From an uncultured Opitutales bacterium (GTDB lineage Bacteria; Verrucomicrobiota; Verrucomicrobiia; Opitutales; Intestinicryptomonadaceae), in assembly GCA_900545705.1 (NCBI GenBank), contig URAK01000008.1, forward strand, positions 72,096 through 136,095: 64,000 nucleotides of DNA, in the 5' to 3' direction. The notes beneath the pieces are model-generated. The model saw nothing but the letters and a program-made list of their open reading frames with translations, was not told where the DNA came from and did not search any database. Of the stretch, positions 12,491-22,739 are shown piece by piece. Positions within the stretch are counted from its first letter, which is position 1; every line of letters starts with the position of its first letter. A program made the position numbers and the translations under genes.

Positions 12491-12520
12491 GCAAAAAAAA
12501 GTGCCCGAATTGTCGGGCAC
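12491..12520 (-). terminator. rho-independent terminator after the secretin gene
   Basis: Perfect 8-bp stem gtgcccga/tcgggcac with loop att. On the minus strand a T8 run follows it. Confidence 0.65.
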
Positions 12521-12543
12521 TTCAAAGATTCTTTTATACCAGA

Positions 12544-15342
12544 TTAACGTGTAATAGTTTCGGTAGCGTCGTCTTCAAGTATGCGATGTACCGCACCACC
12601 AGGGGAAACTATGACAGGATTCTGGTAAACGCTTCCGGGACGCATATCCTGGAACTGTTCGCGACCAACGCTGCCTCCGGGGGAGATTCTGTTCGCAGTC
12701 ACGAATATTAACAGATTCCTCTTCTGGCGAGATTCGCCCTTTGAGCGGAAGAGCCTGCCGATCCACGGAATATCGGAGAGAATCGGAACGCTGTCGTTGA
12801 TTGTGCGGACTTCTTCACGTGTCAAACCGCCCATAACAACGGTCGCACCGTCAAATACCGTTACAGTAGTCTTAACTTCTCTGACCGAGAACACCGGCTG
12901 AATGAATCCAGAGGGAACCGTTACGGTTGTTCCGGAAGATATAGCAACTGCAACGCCGCCGTATTCCATGAACCCTTCAAATTCCGTTACGTTCGGGTTG
13001 AGAACGAGGTTGATGCTATCATCTTCTTCGACGTTCGGGGTGACTTCCATAGAGACACCAACGTCAACCGAGGTGAAGTCCTGAGGAGTACCGGGGGTGA
13101 TAGTTACACCAGCAGAAGATGAGTTTTCACCATTAACTGTCGTAGAAGAAGAACCAACGTTAGATTGAACGTCGCCCCATGATTCCGGATAACGCATACG
13201 TTGCGAAACCGTTATCGAAGCAGTGCTGCCAGATATAACCGTCACCTTCGGAGCGCAGAGCAAGTCTGAACCCTGGCGCTGTTCGAGAGCGTTGACTATC
13301 AAGCTTACATCGTAACCATTGATAACACCGAGAACTGTGTTAGCCGCTTGAGCTGCGCCGGACGCCATATTTATGGTCGAGGGCAAGAGCGGAACTACAG
13401 GCTCAACAGTATACGGATTTGGAACGTCTGCTGTCACCTCATTGGCAGGCTTCAAGATTGTTATCGGAGTAGATCCGGCACTCGCGCTTGTTATAGAGTC
13501 GGCAAGCGTACGATTGTTATATGTGCTTATCACACCGGTTGTGTTTCTTCCAACTGTGGAGAACAGAGTGCTGTAAGTGCCATCAGCATTCTTCCTGGAA
13601 ACATTCCAGTTGAATCCGAGTTCCTTCAAGACGCCCTGGTTGACTTCCATAAATTTAGCTTCGATTTCAACCTGCTTGGTTTCGCTATAACGCAACAGTA
13701 TATTGCGAACTTTGTCGAGGTTGCGGCGCGTATTCGTGACCCAAAGTTTTGAACCGTCAAACGCAACAGTCGCGCCAGGACCAAACTCTACGCCAGCTTT
13801 AACGAGGAAGTTTTTGATAGCCTCTTCCTTGCCGTCTCCAGCACCTGCCGCAGCACCACCGCCGCCGCTGCCGCCGAAGGGATTGCCCGAATCGCCGGAT
13901 TCGCCAACCGCAGCCTTAAAGCCTATCATACGCATAACAGTCGAAGTCGGGAGCGGAAAGTCGAGAGTGTCCATTGAAGCGACACTGTTGTCCATTGCTT
14001 TGCGGACTACGATTGTATCCTTTTCAATATCGTATTGGAAACCGGCTTGCTGGGTGACCCAGTCGAGTATTTGGCCGAGGGAGAGGTCGCGGAGTGTGAG
14101 AACTACCGGCTTTGCTTCAGAAGCGTTATCGCCGAAAAGAACTATGTTAACACCCTTCTTCGCGTCGTTTGACTTATCGTATTCAACAGACAATATAGAA
14201 AGTGTGTTTATTGCCTGGGCGAGTGTCACGCCGGGAGCGGGGAAGCTTACATTCGGGATTATGATTTCGGCCAGTTTTTTGTCGATTATAGAATCGGCTC
14301 TCGCGCCGCCTCTATCAACTGTCGTGCCGGTGTAAACTTGCGGGCGCTGCCACGCCTTGCTTACTTCGTCCATCATCGCTTCACGGGTTGCCAGATAAGT
14401 TAGGCGGCCGCGGTCAGCAAGCTTTTCAGAGATCAAGCGCTGATACGCTTTTGCCTGTATATTGTCGGCATCGAGCGTTTCAATCTGGCGGAAGGTAGCG
14501 CGAGCTCCCTGATAGTCGCCATAAAGATATTGCCTGCGACCTTTTTCCAAGAGATTTTCTATCTTGTTCTGGCGAGTTGCGTAATCCGGGCTTATGTCAG
14601 ATATCGAATTGTTGTAAGGATTGGCTGTAAATTCTTCAACTTCTTCGACAAATGCTGCGCCGGCATCTTTGCTTTCTTCAGCCGCAGCATATTCAGCGGC
14701 ATAAGATTTTGCGGCAGCTGTGTCTCTTTCAGACATCGCAATCTTAGCGCGGGACTTCGCCATTGCAGCTTTCGCTCTATTGAGTTCAGAACGAGCCTCG
14801 TCAGCTACCGGAGAATAAGATTCTTCGGGAAGTTTTTCCTGTGCAAAAGCCAATTTCTTGGAGGCTTCATCCCAATTGCCAGCGTCCATTAGATCGTACG
14901 CTTCATCTATCAGATCAAACGCCGCTATAACTTGCAGCTGCTGCTTACGCAGTGCGTCGGACATCGCCGCATCAACAGGTTCAACCTTCGCTGCTTCGCC
15001 ATCCTTTGCAACCTCGGCATCTTCAGCTCCAGCTTCTTCTTTGGCAGGTTTTGCGCCAACAAGCACGGGAGCTTCGCCTTTTGCCTGACGTTCAATGTCC
15101 TTATTCACGTCGGCAAGCATGCGCTGTACGCCTTCGTCATTGGGCGCAATCTTCAATAACTCTTCAAGCGATTGCTTTGAAGATTTAAGATCGCCCGCGT
15201 CACGCGCCTGTACGGCCGCAACCATAAGACGGATTTTCTCTTGGGTCTGGTCCGGCTTGGCATAGCTAAAGCTTGCCGTCACGGCGGAAGCTAATATCGC
15301 CGCGACAAATGCCGCTTTTCGTTGGGTTGTCTTTATTTTCAT
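12544..15342 (-). CDS. secretin-family outer membrane channel (PilQ/GspD-like) with a long TPR/coiled-coil N-terminal extension
   Basis: 932 aa with a signal peptide. About 330 aa of TPR-like, Ala/Lys/Glu-rich helical region, then a Gly-rich linker, then the C-terminal secretin domain (VPILSDIPWIGRLFRSKGESRQKRNLLIFVTA). Confidence 0.85.
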   Translation of the reverse strand: MKIKTTQRKAAFVAAILASAVTASFSYAKPDQTQEKIRLMVAAVQARDAGDLKSSKQSLEELLKIAPNDEGVQRMLADVNKDIERQAKGEAPVLVGAKPAKEEAGAEDAEVAKDGEAAKVEPVDAAMSDALRKQQLQVIAAFDLIDEAYDLMDAGNWDEASKKLAFAQEKLPEESYSPVADEARSELNRAKAAMAKSRAKIAMSERDTAAAKSYAAEYAAAEESKDAGAAFVEEVEEFTANPYNNSISDISPDYATRQNKIENLLEKGRRQYLYGDYQGARATFRQIETLDADNIQAKAYQRLISEKLADRGRLTYLATREAMMDEVSKAWQRPQVYTGTTVDRGGARADSIIDKKLAEIIIPNVSFPAPGVTLAQAINTLSILSVEYDKSNDAKKGVNIVLFGDNASEAKPVVLTLRDLSLGQILDWVTQQAGFQYDIEKDTIVVRKAMDNSVASMDTLDFPLPTSTVMRMIGFKAAVGESGDSGNPFGGSGGGGAAAGAGDGKEEAIKNFLVKAGVEFGPGATVAFDGSKLWVTNTRRNLDKVRNILLRYSETKQVEIEAKFMEVNQGVLKELGFNWNVSRKNADGTYSTLFSTVGRNTTGVISTYNNRTLADSITSASAGSTPITILKPANEVTADVPNPYTVEPVVPLLPSTINMASGAAQAANTVLGVINGYDVSLIVNALEQRQGSDLLCAPKVTVISGSTASITVSQRMRYPESWGDVQSNVGSSSTTVNGENSSSAGVTITPGTPQDFTSVDVGVSMEVTPNVEEDDSINLVLNPNVTEFEGFMEYGGVAVAISSGTTVTVPSGFIQPVFSVREVKTTVTVFDGATVVMGGLTREEVRTINDSVPILSDIPWIGRLFRSKGESRQKRNLLIFVTANRISPGGSVGREQFQDMRPGSVYQNPVIVSPGGAVHRILEDDATETITR

Positions 15343-15412
15343 ATTCGCTGTATTTATAATTTGTTAAATGGACGTTAACACTTTTTGGGGTTTTTTAAAG
15401 AATTATTTTCAA

Positions 15413-16279
15413 TTATTTGACGGGAACCACTCCCGCCGCACTTAGGTTCATTGTTTGTGGTTCGATATCGGTATTGTCCGGAATCATCTCAATTACGGCA
15501 TTGCCTTTATCAAAATCTATCGACTTCACCTTGTATGTGGCTGTCCCAACCTTGCGCGATTCGCCAGGCGCTTTAACATGCCATATGCTACCGTCGGGCG
15601 CAGAGAACGATATCCTCCTACGGTCGTCTATGACGGTTTCCTTATTGGAGTATATCGTCACGTCTTTACCAAGGGATTTATCATACAACACTACGGTCAC
15701 AATGTCCGATATTGTGTTGTTTTTATCGTTCTTAACGCGCTTTATCTCGAATTTCTTGGGAGTCAGCCCTAGATTGATCTTTTTGCCAGTTGACGGCGCA
15801 GACGCAACTATCTCCTCATTCAATTTCCCTATGAAAGATAGATTCGTGGAGGTATTTTCAAACTGGATTATCGGTTCAGCTTTCGTTCCGAAATATCCGA
15901 GATATTTTATCGGATACGGCTCGTTGGATACCCCTACATACTTCAACGCAAAAGACTGTCTCGCGACTTCCTTGTAATAGGGCGACTCGGTCATGAAGTT
16001 GCCCTTTTTGTCCACCCATATCTGAGGTGGGGTAAATACTTGGAAGAACCATTTCCCAGCTTCGTCCTGCGCCCTGACCTCGGGCCATTCTATGGACGTC
16101 ACTTTCAGTTCGGGCACTATTATCTTCTTCCAAGGTATGCCAGCGGGCAATTTCTTTTCAAGTGTTTGCACGCGCGCTTCCAATAGTTCGCCCTTCGGTT
16201 CATTCATAAAATAATATCCGCAAGACAAACCCGCCACTATCACGGCGATTACAAAAAATATCTTATCGTAGTATTTCAT
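15413..16279 (-). CDS. bitopic inner-membrane protein, candidate PilP/GspC-like secretin-coupling component
   Basis: 288 aa with a single N-terminal TM helix (IFFVIAVIVAGLSCGYYF) and a periplasmic beta-rich domain. Assignment rests mainly on its position between the PilO-like and secretin genes. Confidence 0.35.
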   Translation of the reverse strand: MKYYDKIFFVIAVIVAGLSCGYYFMNEPKGELLEARVQTLEKKLPAGIPWKKIIVPELKVTSIEWPEVRAQDEAGKWFFQVFTPPQIWVDKKGNFMTESPYYKEVARQSFALKYVGVSNEPYPIKYLGYFGTKAEPIIQFENTSTNLSFIGKLNEEIVASAPSTGKKINLGLTPKKFEIKRVKNDKNNTISDIVTVVLYDKSLGKDVTIYSNKETVIDDRRRISFSAPDGSIWHVKAPGESRKVGTATYKVKSIDFDKGNAVIEMIPDNTDIEPQTMNLSAAGVVPVK

Positions 16280-16294
16280 TTCTGTGCCGCTTCT

Positions 16295-17398
16295 TTATTG
16301 TTTCTTTGGTTTTGTGGCCGACTTTGCCTTCGCGGCTACACCTTTTTTATCGGCGTCCTTTTTATCTCCAGGCTTTGCCGTATCTTTGACCACTTCTACG
16401 TATTCTATCACCACAGTGAATTCCGATATGTTGTCCGTAACAACGGGAACTTTATTTTCGTCTATCACCGGCGCGGCAGGCGTTTCCCCGCCCTCTTCGG
16501 AATCTGTCGATGCAAATGCGTCCGCCGCATCAGATGTCTCCTCTGCAAGGGCTTCCTCCGGGTTCGCCATCATTATTAGCGACGTATCAGCAGGCTTTAC
16601 ATCAATGCTCCTAACTACAAGCATTGCATCGAAATCCTTCAACTGGTTTAGGAACCTGCGGAGCACGTCAGTATGCCCGGTAAACACAAACCTGTATGCC
16701 AGGGTATCCAAGCTGCCAGGCTTGCGCGCAGTTATATTCTCGTCAATCTTAAAGTTGTCGCCCCTCAACGCCGCAGACGACTTTGAACGGGCAGACGCCC
16801 TTACGCGACGCGTCTTTGTTTCCTCTTTTATCCCTTCCTCAGGCAGTATCTCGCGCTGCACGTTCAATATCGCCATAGGGGATTCTTTCGATTTGCAATT
16901 AAAAAGCTTCTGATTGATGTAGTCCAACACGCAAACCTGCTTCCATATTGCGGGCATCGCCTCGTCTTTCGGTGAGTCGGCTGTCGGCGCTACATACTTT
17001 TTATATCCAAAATCCATTTCGTCGGGCACATATATTTCGCGCTTTTTTGCCTCGGCACGCCAAGAGTTTACCATTCCGCGCAACTGCTCGCGCAACTGGA
17101 ATCCCTCTTCGGCCGTAAGCGGCTTGAATATATGCTCGCTCTCGCGAGTCAAGTCCTTTTCCAAGTCGGAAAGATGCTTTTCAAGCTCCTTTATGTTTTT
17201 CGCAGAGGCGTCTATAGACGGCTGGGTCGGATCTGTTGCAAGTACGTCGTCGTACTGCCTCATCGCGCTGTTCAGCTTCCCAAGCGCCGCTGCATCGTTC
17301 TTATAAAGCATTGCGTCATATGCAGCGCCGGCTATAAACAGCGCTATCAATACGAACATTGCTATAAAAAATATAGGGTATTTCTTAAAGTATTTCAT
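16295..17398 (-). CDS. bitopic inner-membrane protein, candidate PilO/GspM-like, with a Lys/Ala-rich C-terminal tail
   Basis: 367 aa. N-terminal TM helix, a coiled-coil segment, a periplasmic domain, and the tail KPGDKKDADKKGVAAKAKSATKPKKQ. Confidence 0.4.
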   Translation of the reverse strand: MKYFKKYPIFFIAMFVLIALFIAGAAYDAMLYKNDAAALGKLNSAMRQYDDVLATDPTQPSIDASAKNIKELEKHLSDLEKDLTRESEHIFKPLTAEEGFQLREQLRGMVNSWRAEAKKREIYVPDEMDFGYKKYVAPTADSPKDEAMPAIWKQVCVLDYINQKLFNCKSKESPMAILNVQREILPEEGIKEETKTRRVRASARSKSSAALRGDNFKIDENITARKPGSLDTLAYRFVFTGHTDVLRRFLNQLKDFDAMLVVRSIDVKPADTSLIMMANPEEALAEETSDAADAFASTDSEEGGETPAAPVIDENKVPVVTDNISEFTVVIEYVEVVKDTAKPGDKKDADKKGVAAKAKSATKPKKQ

Positions 17399-17417
17399 CA
17401 GACAAATTCTTTGACCG

Positions 17418-19052
17418 TTATATCGGCTTGTCGGGGTTTACAACAAGAGTAAAGTCAAACTTCAAAATGCGCGGATTCGACGGGTCTGTCCTCACATTTT
17501 CAAACGACTTCAAAAATTCGGAACTTACAAAGGAATTCAACAACTTTGTTATTCTGTCTATTGCCTTCTGCGTATCGTACGCCTCCAAATTTTCCGGATT
17601 CACGTCTCTTATCAAGAGCCTTCCCGTCAACTCGAGCTTGTACTCCTGCACGCCGTTCTTTACGGCGCGGTGCACTCTCAGATTGTCGAGCCAGACGTCC
17701 TTCTGCTCCATCAGACGCTTCTCTATATCTATAAACAGATTTATCCAGTTTGATTTCGATTTCGCCAAACCTTCCAATCCGTTTATTTTTGCCTCCAAAG
17801 AATTCGCTGTCTCGCCGTTCTTCTTGAACTCCGCAGCCCTATCCTCTATCGGGAGCATCATCGACTGGAATTTAGCGGTTGCTTCAGTCTTCTCGCTTAT
17901 CGATTTTGTAAATAAGAACATTGGCGGCAGTGTCGCGGCCACCAATATCGCCGCGCCTAACACCATCAGCGGCCTCGTCTTTGCAAATGCCGTTTCTTCA
18001 ACAATGTGCTTGGGCAGCAGATTTACGCTCATCAAGCCGGGAATTACAAGCCTCGCCGCCTCGCCGACTATTTCGCTCACCTGCGACGCGCAACTCGACA
18101 ACAATTCCTGATTCACACGCGGACTCACCGATACATTCGAAAGGGCGTCGAAGTATTCCACGCTCATCTTCTGGTCTTCCGCCAAAAATTCGGCAAACCC
18201 AGGCAAGAGAGATCCGCGACCACACAAATATATTTTCTTAGGGGCTTCTACGCGCGAAGTGCGCCTGTAATTTACTATCGAGCGCTTTATCTCAACACCT
18301 ATCCTGCGCATTACGGATGTCGCAGCATTTGTAAAGTGCTCTGAGCCCGCATTCGATGAAAGAGACGCGTTCGCAAAAAATCCGCGCTTCAGCTCCTCCG
18401 CTGTCGCAAAGTCGCGGCCGAGAGAATCGGCAACGGCCTGCGTTATCGAATTCCCGCCAACCGGTATGCTTCGCACGAAAACGCCGTCCTCGCGCGCTAT
18501 CATCAAATTCGTAAAGCGTGACCCTACATTTAAAAGAATTACGTCGTTTTCAAGACCGCAATACTTCCACGCGTTATAGTCGAGTATCGAGGACGCCTCT
18601 ATCGACTCGGGTATCACACCGGCCTGGGAAAGTGCCATGCAAAAGTCGTCCGCTGCCGTCGACTTCATCGAGGTCAGGAATATTTCCGTTTCGACTCCGT
18701 CGTCGGAAATTATTTCGTAGTCCCATGAAACCTCATTTATCGGGTACGGAATATTCTTTTCAGCCTCAAACTGTATGACCTCGGCTCTCCGGGCCTCGTC
18801 TACATGGGGTATTTTTATTGTTTTTGTGAGCAGGAGCATCGACGGCGCTATCACTGTCGCCTTCCCGGATACTCTCATCATCTTTAGCGTCGCCGCAAGT
18901 TCCGACAGCCATTCTTCCTGGTTGGAATAGTCATATTTCAGCTCTTGCACCTGAAAACTTTCCAAAACAAGACGGCCAGCAGATACGCCAAACTCCGACG
19001 CGCTAACGTGGGTTGCTCCGCAGTTTATTATAAGCTTGCTTTTAGAACTCAT
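17418..19052 (-). CDS. PilM-PilN fusion (GspL-like) assembly protein
   Basis: 544 aa. N-terminal actin-like PilM domain (LIINCGATHVSASEF, LLNVGSRFTNLMIAREDGVFVRSIPVGGNSITQAVA), then a TM helix and a PilN-like coiled-coil periplasmic part. Confidence 0.7.
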   Translation of the reverse strand: MSSKSKLIINCGATHVSASEFGVSAGRLVLESFQVQELKYDYSNQEEWLSELAATLKMMRVSGKATVIAPSMLLLTKTIKIPHVDEARRAEVIQFEAEKNIPYPINEVSWDYEIISDDGVETEIFLTSMKSTAADDFCMALSQAGVIPESIEASSILDYNAWKYCGLENDVILLNVGSRFTNLMIAREDGVFVRSIPVGGNSITQAVADSLGRDFATAEELKRGFFANASLSSNAGSEHFTNAATSVMRRIGVEIKRSIVNYRRTSRVEAPKKIYLCGRGSLLPGFAEFLAEDQKMSVEYFDALSNVSVSPRVNQELLSSCASQVSEIVGEAARLVIPGLMSVNLLPKHIVEETAFAKTRPLMVLGAAILVAATLPPMFLFTKSISEKTEATAKFQSMMLPIEDRAAEFKKNGETANSLEAKINGLEGLAKSKSNWINLFIDIEKRLMEQKDVWLDNLRVHRAVKNGVQEYKLELTGRLLIRDVNPENLEAYDTQKAIDRITKLLNSFVSSEFLKSFENVRTDPSNPRILKFDFTLVVNPDKPI

Positions 19053-19212
19053 TTCTGAATGTGAACGGGGGTAAAATAAAAATTCGGAATGAAAATAAAT
19101 CTAATACCTTTTCAGCCGCTTAGTAAAGCATTTTTTGCATTTACTTCGCACAAATTGCATCGCGCGCATGCAACGCACTCTACAGCACATTGTTGCGCGC
19201 TATGCCTCGGCC

Positions 19213-19890
19213 CTATTTTGTAGTAATGTAATTCGGCACTATCGGCGATTTCCCATATTCGTACAGCTTTACGTTGAACGGACACTCCGGCAAAGACATC
19301 AATACTCCGTCGTTTACCTTCGCTGATTTCTCTATCAATTTCATGAACGAATCGTATACCGCTTTCGGATCATCGTTCTTATAAATGTTTCTCGAAAGCA
19401 TCGTTTTCATATTTTGCTTCGTCAATTCTATCGGGTTCCCGTTTATGGATACCTCTATCTTCCATGCAAACGGATCCGCCGCAAGCCTGTATATCTCGTA
19501 CGCTTCGGAAGGTATATAGAACACTACTGGCGTCTTCTTGTTTATTTCCAAGGCAAACAATTTCGCCTTTGAACGCAACACAATAAGGCTGTCAAGCGAA
19601 CGCTTGTCGGTCGCCATTTGGTCTTTATACACCAGTACCAAATCAACGTCTACATTGCGAATCCACTTCTGGTTGTTCGCTTTATTGTCGGGGTTTTCCT
19701 TCGCAAACAACGGAATCTCTATGCGAGTCCACTGCCCGCTTGAACTCGGTACTGCACCGGGCTGCAGACGCTTCGCGTCGAGCTTAGAATGTTGGATTAT
19801 TATGGGGTCTTCTTTTGAAGGAGCAGCAAAGGCTGCCGCTGCAAAAGCTAATGCGACAAAAGAGAGTAATACGTGTTTCATGGACTTCAT
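19213..19890 (-). CDS. secreted hypothetical protein, first gene of the pil-like cluster
   Basis: 225 aa with a signal peptide (MKSMKHVLLSFVALAFAAAAFA). No recognisable domain. Confidence 0.45.
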   Translation of the reverse strand: MKSMKHVLLSFVALAFAAAAFAAPSKEDPIIIQHSKLDAKRLQPGAVPSSSGQWTRIEIPLFAKENPDNKANNQKWIRNVDVDLVLVYKDQMATDKRSLDSLIVLRSKAKLFALEINKKTPVVFYIPSEAYEIYRLAADPFAWKIEVSINGNPIELTKQNMKTMLSRNIYKNDDPKAVYDSFMKLIEKSAKVNDGVLMSLPECPFNVKLYEYGKSPIVPNYITTK

Positions 19891-20632
19891 AAGGTTTATT
19901 GAAGCGGTAGAACGGAAAATTTCAAGCTTTTTTTAGCCGCTTCTGAAATCACAGGCAATTCTCAAATCCCATGTTTTGGCTAACTCTGCGCAAAAGTTAA
20001 GAATCCAACGCAAACTATATTTACGCTTATCCATACCCTCCCTCAAAATCTCACATATATCCCGCCAAACCAAAGAACTTTCATTTAGCACAAAGAATTA
20101 TTCATCACTTAACGGAAAATCCCGACACAACCCATAAAATTCATTTTCCACAGCCATTCTAAATAAAGAATCAAAAAAAATATTTTTCTGTCCCCACTGC
20201 TCTCCACATGTTTTTTTAAACTTTAAAGCTTAAAAAAATCCTAATCTTTAACACCAGACTTCTAGCCACCGCGTTTAAAACGCGAAAAAGTTTTATCATC
20301 TCTTTTAATAAAAAACCTTCAATCCCGCATTATCATGGTTCCTATTCAGGAAAAATTTAAAGCGCCACAATAGAATGCCACAAAAGATTTTTTTCGGCAT
20401 AGAATTTCTCCCACACTACTGTTTAAGATTTGCGAGACTAAACTTCATCTGTAAAAATTATCTTTCCAAAAGCCGGCTCAAACAAAAAGTTTGGCGCGGC
20501 AAGATTCGCATACACACGCATAAATCCACGCGCCCGCACAAAACCTGCCGCGCCAATCGCTATATCAAAGGCAGCCCCGCAAAATGCCTGCCACCTTCCA
20601 AATATTTTTACGCTTTCGCCTTCATTAAAAAA

Positions 20633-21499
20633 TTAATGCAGTTTTTTTTCCCTCAATCCGCCAGCTAAATCACGCACTATTTCCATTCTTGACGCAAAAT
20701 CTCCGCCTTCGGGAAACACGATTTTTTGAAATCCGCACTCCTCGTGGTATATCCTCAAAATATCGCCTTCGCAATTTGCGGCATACGCGCTCTGGCAGCC
20801 GCCGCCAAGCGACTTCAAAAACTCCCGCTCAAGCGCAAACGCCATATTCGTCTGAGAATCGGTAATCGGACGGTAGACTTCGGCCTCCTCTGCGCGGCAT
20901 TGAAGCGCTATTATCCCTTGCCCCACCGCAGGAACGCATATGTCAAGCTTTATCGGCCGAAATTCAAGCCCCTCATAAGACTCGATTCCAAGCCTTTCAA
21001 GGCCGGCGAGAGATAGAACTGAGGCGTCGGCAAACCCTCCGGCGAGTTTTTTAAGGCGCGTATGCACATTTCCCCTAAACTCAGTCCATACTGCCTGGGG
21101 AAAGATCTTTTTCAGCTGGGCCCGACGGCGGGGACTTCCAGAAGCTATCAATTCAGGAACCTGCACTCCTGAACGAATGATCAAAACATCGGCGCATCCA
21201 TCGCGCGGCATGCAACCTGCCAACACCAGCCCATCGGGAGTTTCCGTAGGGAGGTCTTTCGCGCTGTGGACCGCAACGTCTGCCTCGCCCGAAAGGAGCG
21301 ATTCTTCTATTTCTTTTGTGAAAAGCCCCTTCCCGCCGTACCTTTCGAGAGACCAATCTTGGCGCTTGTCGCCGGAAGTTTTTACCTCCACTATTTCAAA
21401 CTCCGCCCCTGGAATGCGAGAGCCTATATATTTGGCAGCCATATGCGCTTGCGCCATAGCGAGCGGACTTGAACGTGTTGCGAGCCTTATTTTCTTCAT
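20633..21499 (-). CDS. hemC: hydroxymethylbilane synthase (porphobilinogen deaminase)
   Basis: 288 aa. RLATRSSPLAMAQA.. N-terminus and the GGKGLFTKEIE motif. Confidence 0.9.
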   Translation of the reverse strand: MKKIRLATRSSPLAMAQAHMAAKYIGSRIPGAEFEIVEVKTSGDKRQDWSLERYGGKGLFTKEIEESLLSGEADVAVHSAKDLPTETPDGLVLAGCMPRDGCADVLIIRSGVQVPELIASGSPRRRAQLKKIFPQAVWTEFRGNVHTRLKKLAGGFADASVLSLAGLERLGIESYEGLEFRPIKLDICVPAVGQGIIALQCRAEEAEVYRPITDSQTNMAFALEREFLKSLGGGCQSAYAANCEGDILRIYHEECGFQKIVFPEGGDFASRMEIVRDLAGGLREKKLH

Positions 21500-21597
21500 T
21501 AAATATATTTTTTGCGGCGGAAATTTACCGAATCCGCACAGTTCTTAAATACGCCCGCGGCGCACTGTTTTTATTAGCGCGCATTAGATTCGGGCAT

Positions 21598-21634
21598 TAA
21601 AAAAAAAAGACCCGGTCGATTTCGCAACCGAGTC
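21598..21634 (-). terminator. rho-independent terminator downstream of ilvC
   Basis: On the minus strand: stem gactcgg/ccgggtc (with one G-U pair), 12-nt loop, then T10. Confidence 0.5.
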
Positions 21635-21653
21635 CTTTGGTTAAATAGAAGCG

Positions 21654-22739
21654 TTATTTTTTCGCCTTCTTAGCGGGAGCCTTCGCAGGAGCCTTGGGCG
21701 CTTCCACAACGGCAGAATAGGAGGCTTGCGCGCCCTTGATATTCTGCTTTGCAGCCCACGGCATTAGCGCGCGCAGACGCTGGCCGACTTTTTCTATCGG
21801 GTGCTTTTCGCCTTCTGCAAGGAGCTTGTTGTACTTTTTGAGGCCGCTCTTGTATTCGGCAACCCATTCTTTGACAAATTTGCCCGACTGTATTTCTTTG
21901 AGGATTTTTTCCATTTCCTTCTTTGTCTTGTCGGTGATTACGCGCGGGCCGCGGGTGACATCGCCGTACTTTGCAGTTTCGGATATGGAGAATCTCATGC
22001 CGGATATGCCGCTTTGATTTATGAGATCGACGATAAGTTTGAGCTCGTGGCAGCATTCAAAATATGCCATTTCGGGTTTGTACCCGGCTTTAACGAGAGT
22101 TTCAAAGCCGGCTTGGATTAGCGCGCTCACGCCGCCGCAGAGAACCGCCTGTTCGCCAAAGAGGTCTGTTTCCATTTCTTCTTTGAAAGTGGTTTCGATT
22201 ACTCCCGCGCGGGTTGCGCCTATGCCGTCAGCCCATGCCAAGGCGATTGCCTTTGCGTCTTTTCCGCCTTGCGCAACAGCGATGAGAGCGGGCACGCCCT
22301 TGTTTTCGAGGTATTGCGAGCGAACAGTGTGGCCGGGGCCCTTGGGGGCTACCATAATAACATTTATGCCGGCAGGCACTTTAATGAGGCCGGAGTGGAT
22401 TGAGAGCCCGTGCAAGAACACGAGAGTCTTGCCTTTTGTGAGATTCGGCGCGATTTCCTTTTCGTAGAGATCGGCTTGAATCATGTCCGGGACGGCAATC
22501 ATTATGATGTCGGCGGCCTTGACTGCTTCGGCGGTGGGAAGAACCTTGAAGCCTTGTTTCTTGGCCACCTCTATCGACTTGCTCTTGGGATAGAGCCCTA
22601 CGATTACATTGTAACCGCTGTCCTTGAGGTTGAGCGCATGCGCGTGCCCCTGGGAACCATAGCCGATTACGGCGAGCGTTTTATTTTTAAGGATGTTTTT
22701 ATTAGCGTCCTTTTCCTTATATACCTTAGCTGGTGCCAT
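21654..22739 (-). CDS. ilvC: ketol-acid reductoisomerase with a Lys/Ala/Pro-rich C-terminal tail
   Basis: 361 aa. NADPH-binding motif ([21 protein letters not shown]) and the catalytic C-domain. Ends in ..[15 protein letters not shown]. Confidence 0.95.
   Translation of the reverse strand: MAPAKVYKEKDANKNILKNKTLAVIGYGSQGHAHALNLKDSGYNVIVGLYPKSKSIEVAKKQGFKVLPTAEAVKAADIIMIAVPDMIQADLYEKEIAPNLTKGKTLVFLHGLSIHSGLIKVPAGINVIMVAPKGPGHTVRSQYLENKGVPALIAVAQGGKDAKAIALAWADGIGATRAGVIETTFKEEMETDLFGEQAVLCGGVSALIQAGFETLVKAGYKPEMAYFECCHELKLIVDLINQSGISGMRFSISETAKYGDVTRGPRVITDKTKKEMEKILKEIQSGKFVKEWVAEYKSGLKKYNKLLAEGEKHPIEKVGQRLRALMPWAAKQNIKGAQASYSAVVEAPKAPAKAPAKKAKK

Noticed and set aside
13703-14335. 210-aa plus-strand ORF
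   Set aside because: Antisense to the secretin gene. Pro/Ser/Ala-rich low complexity. Shadow ORF.
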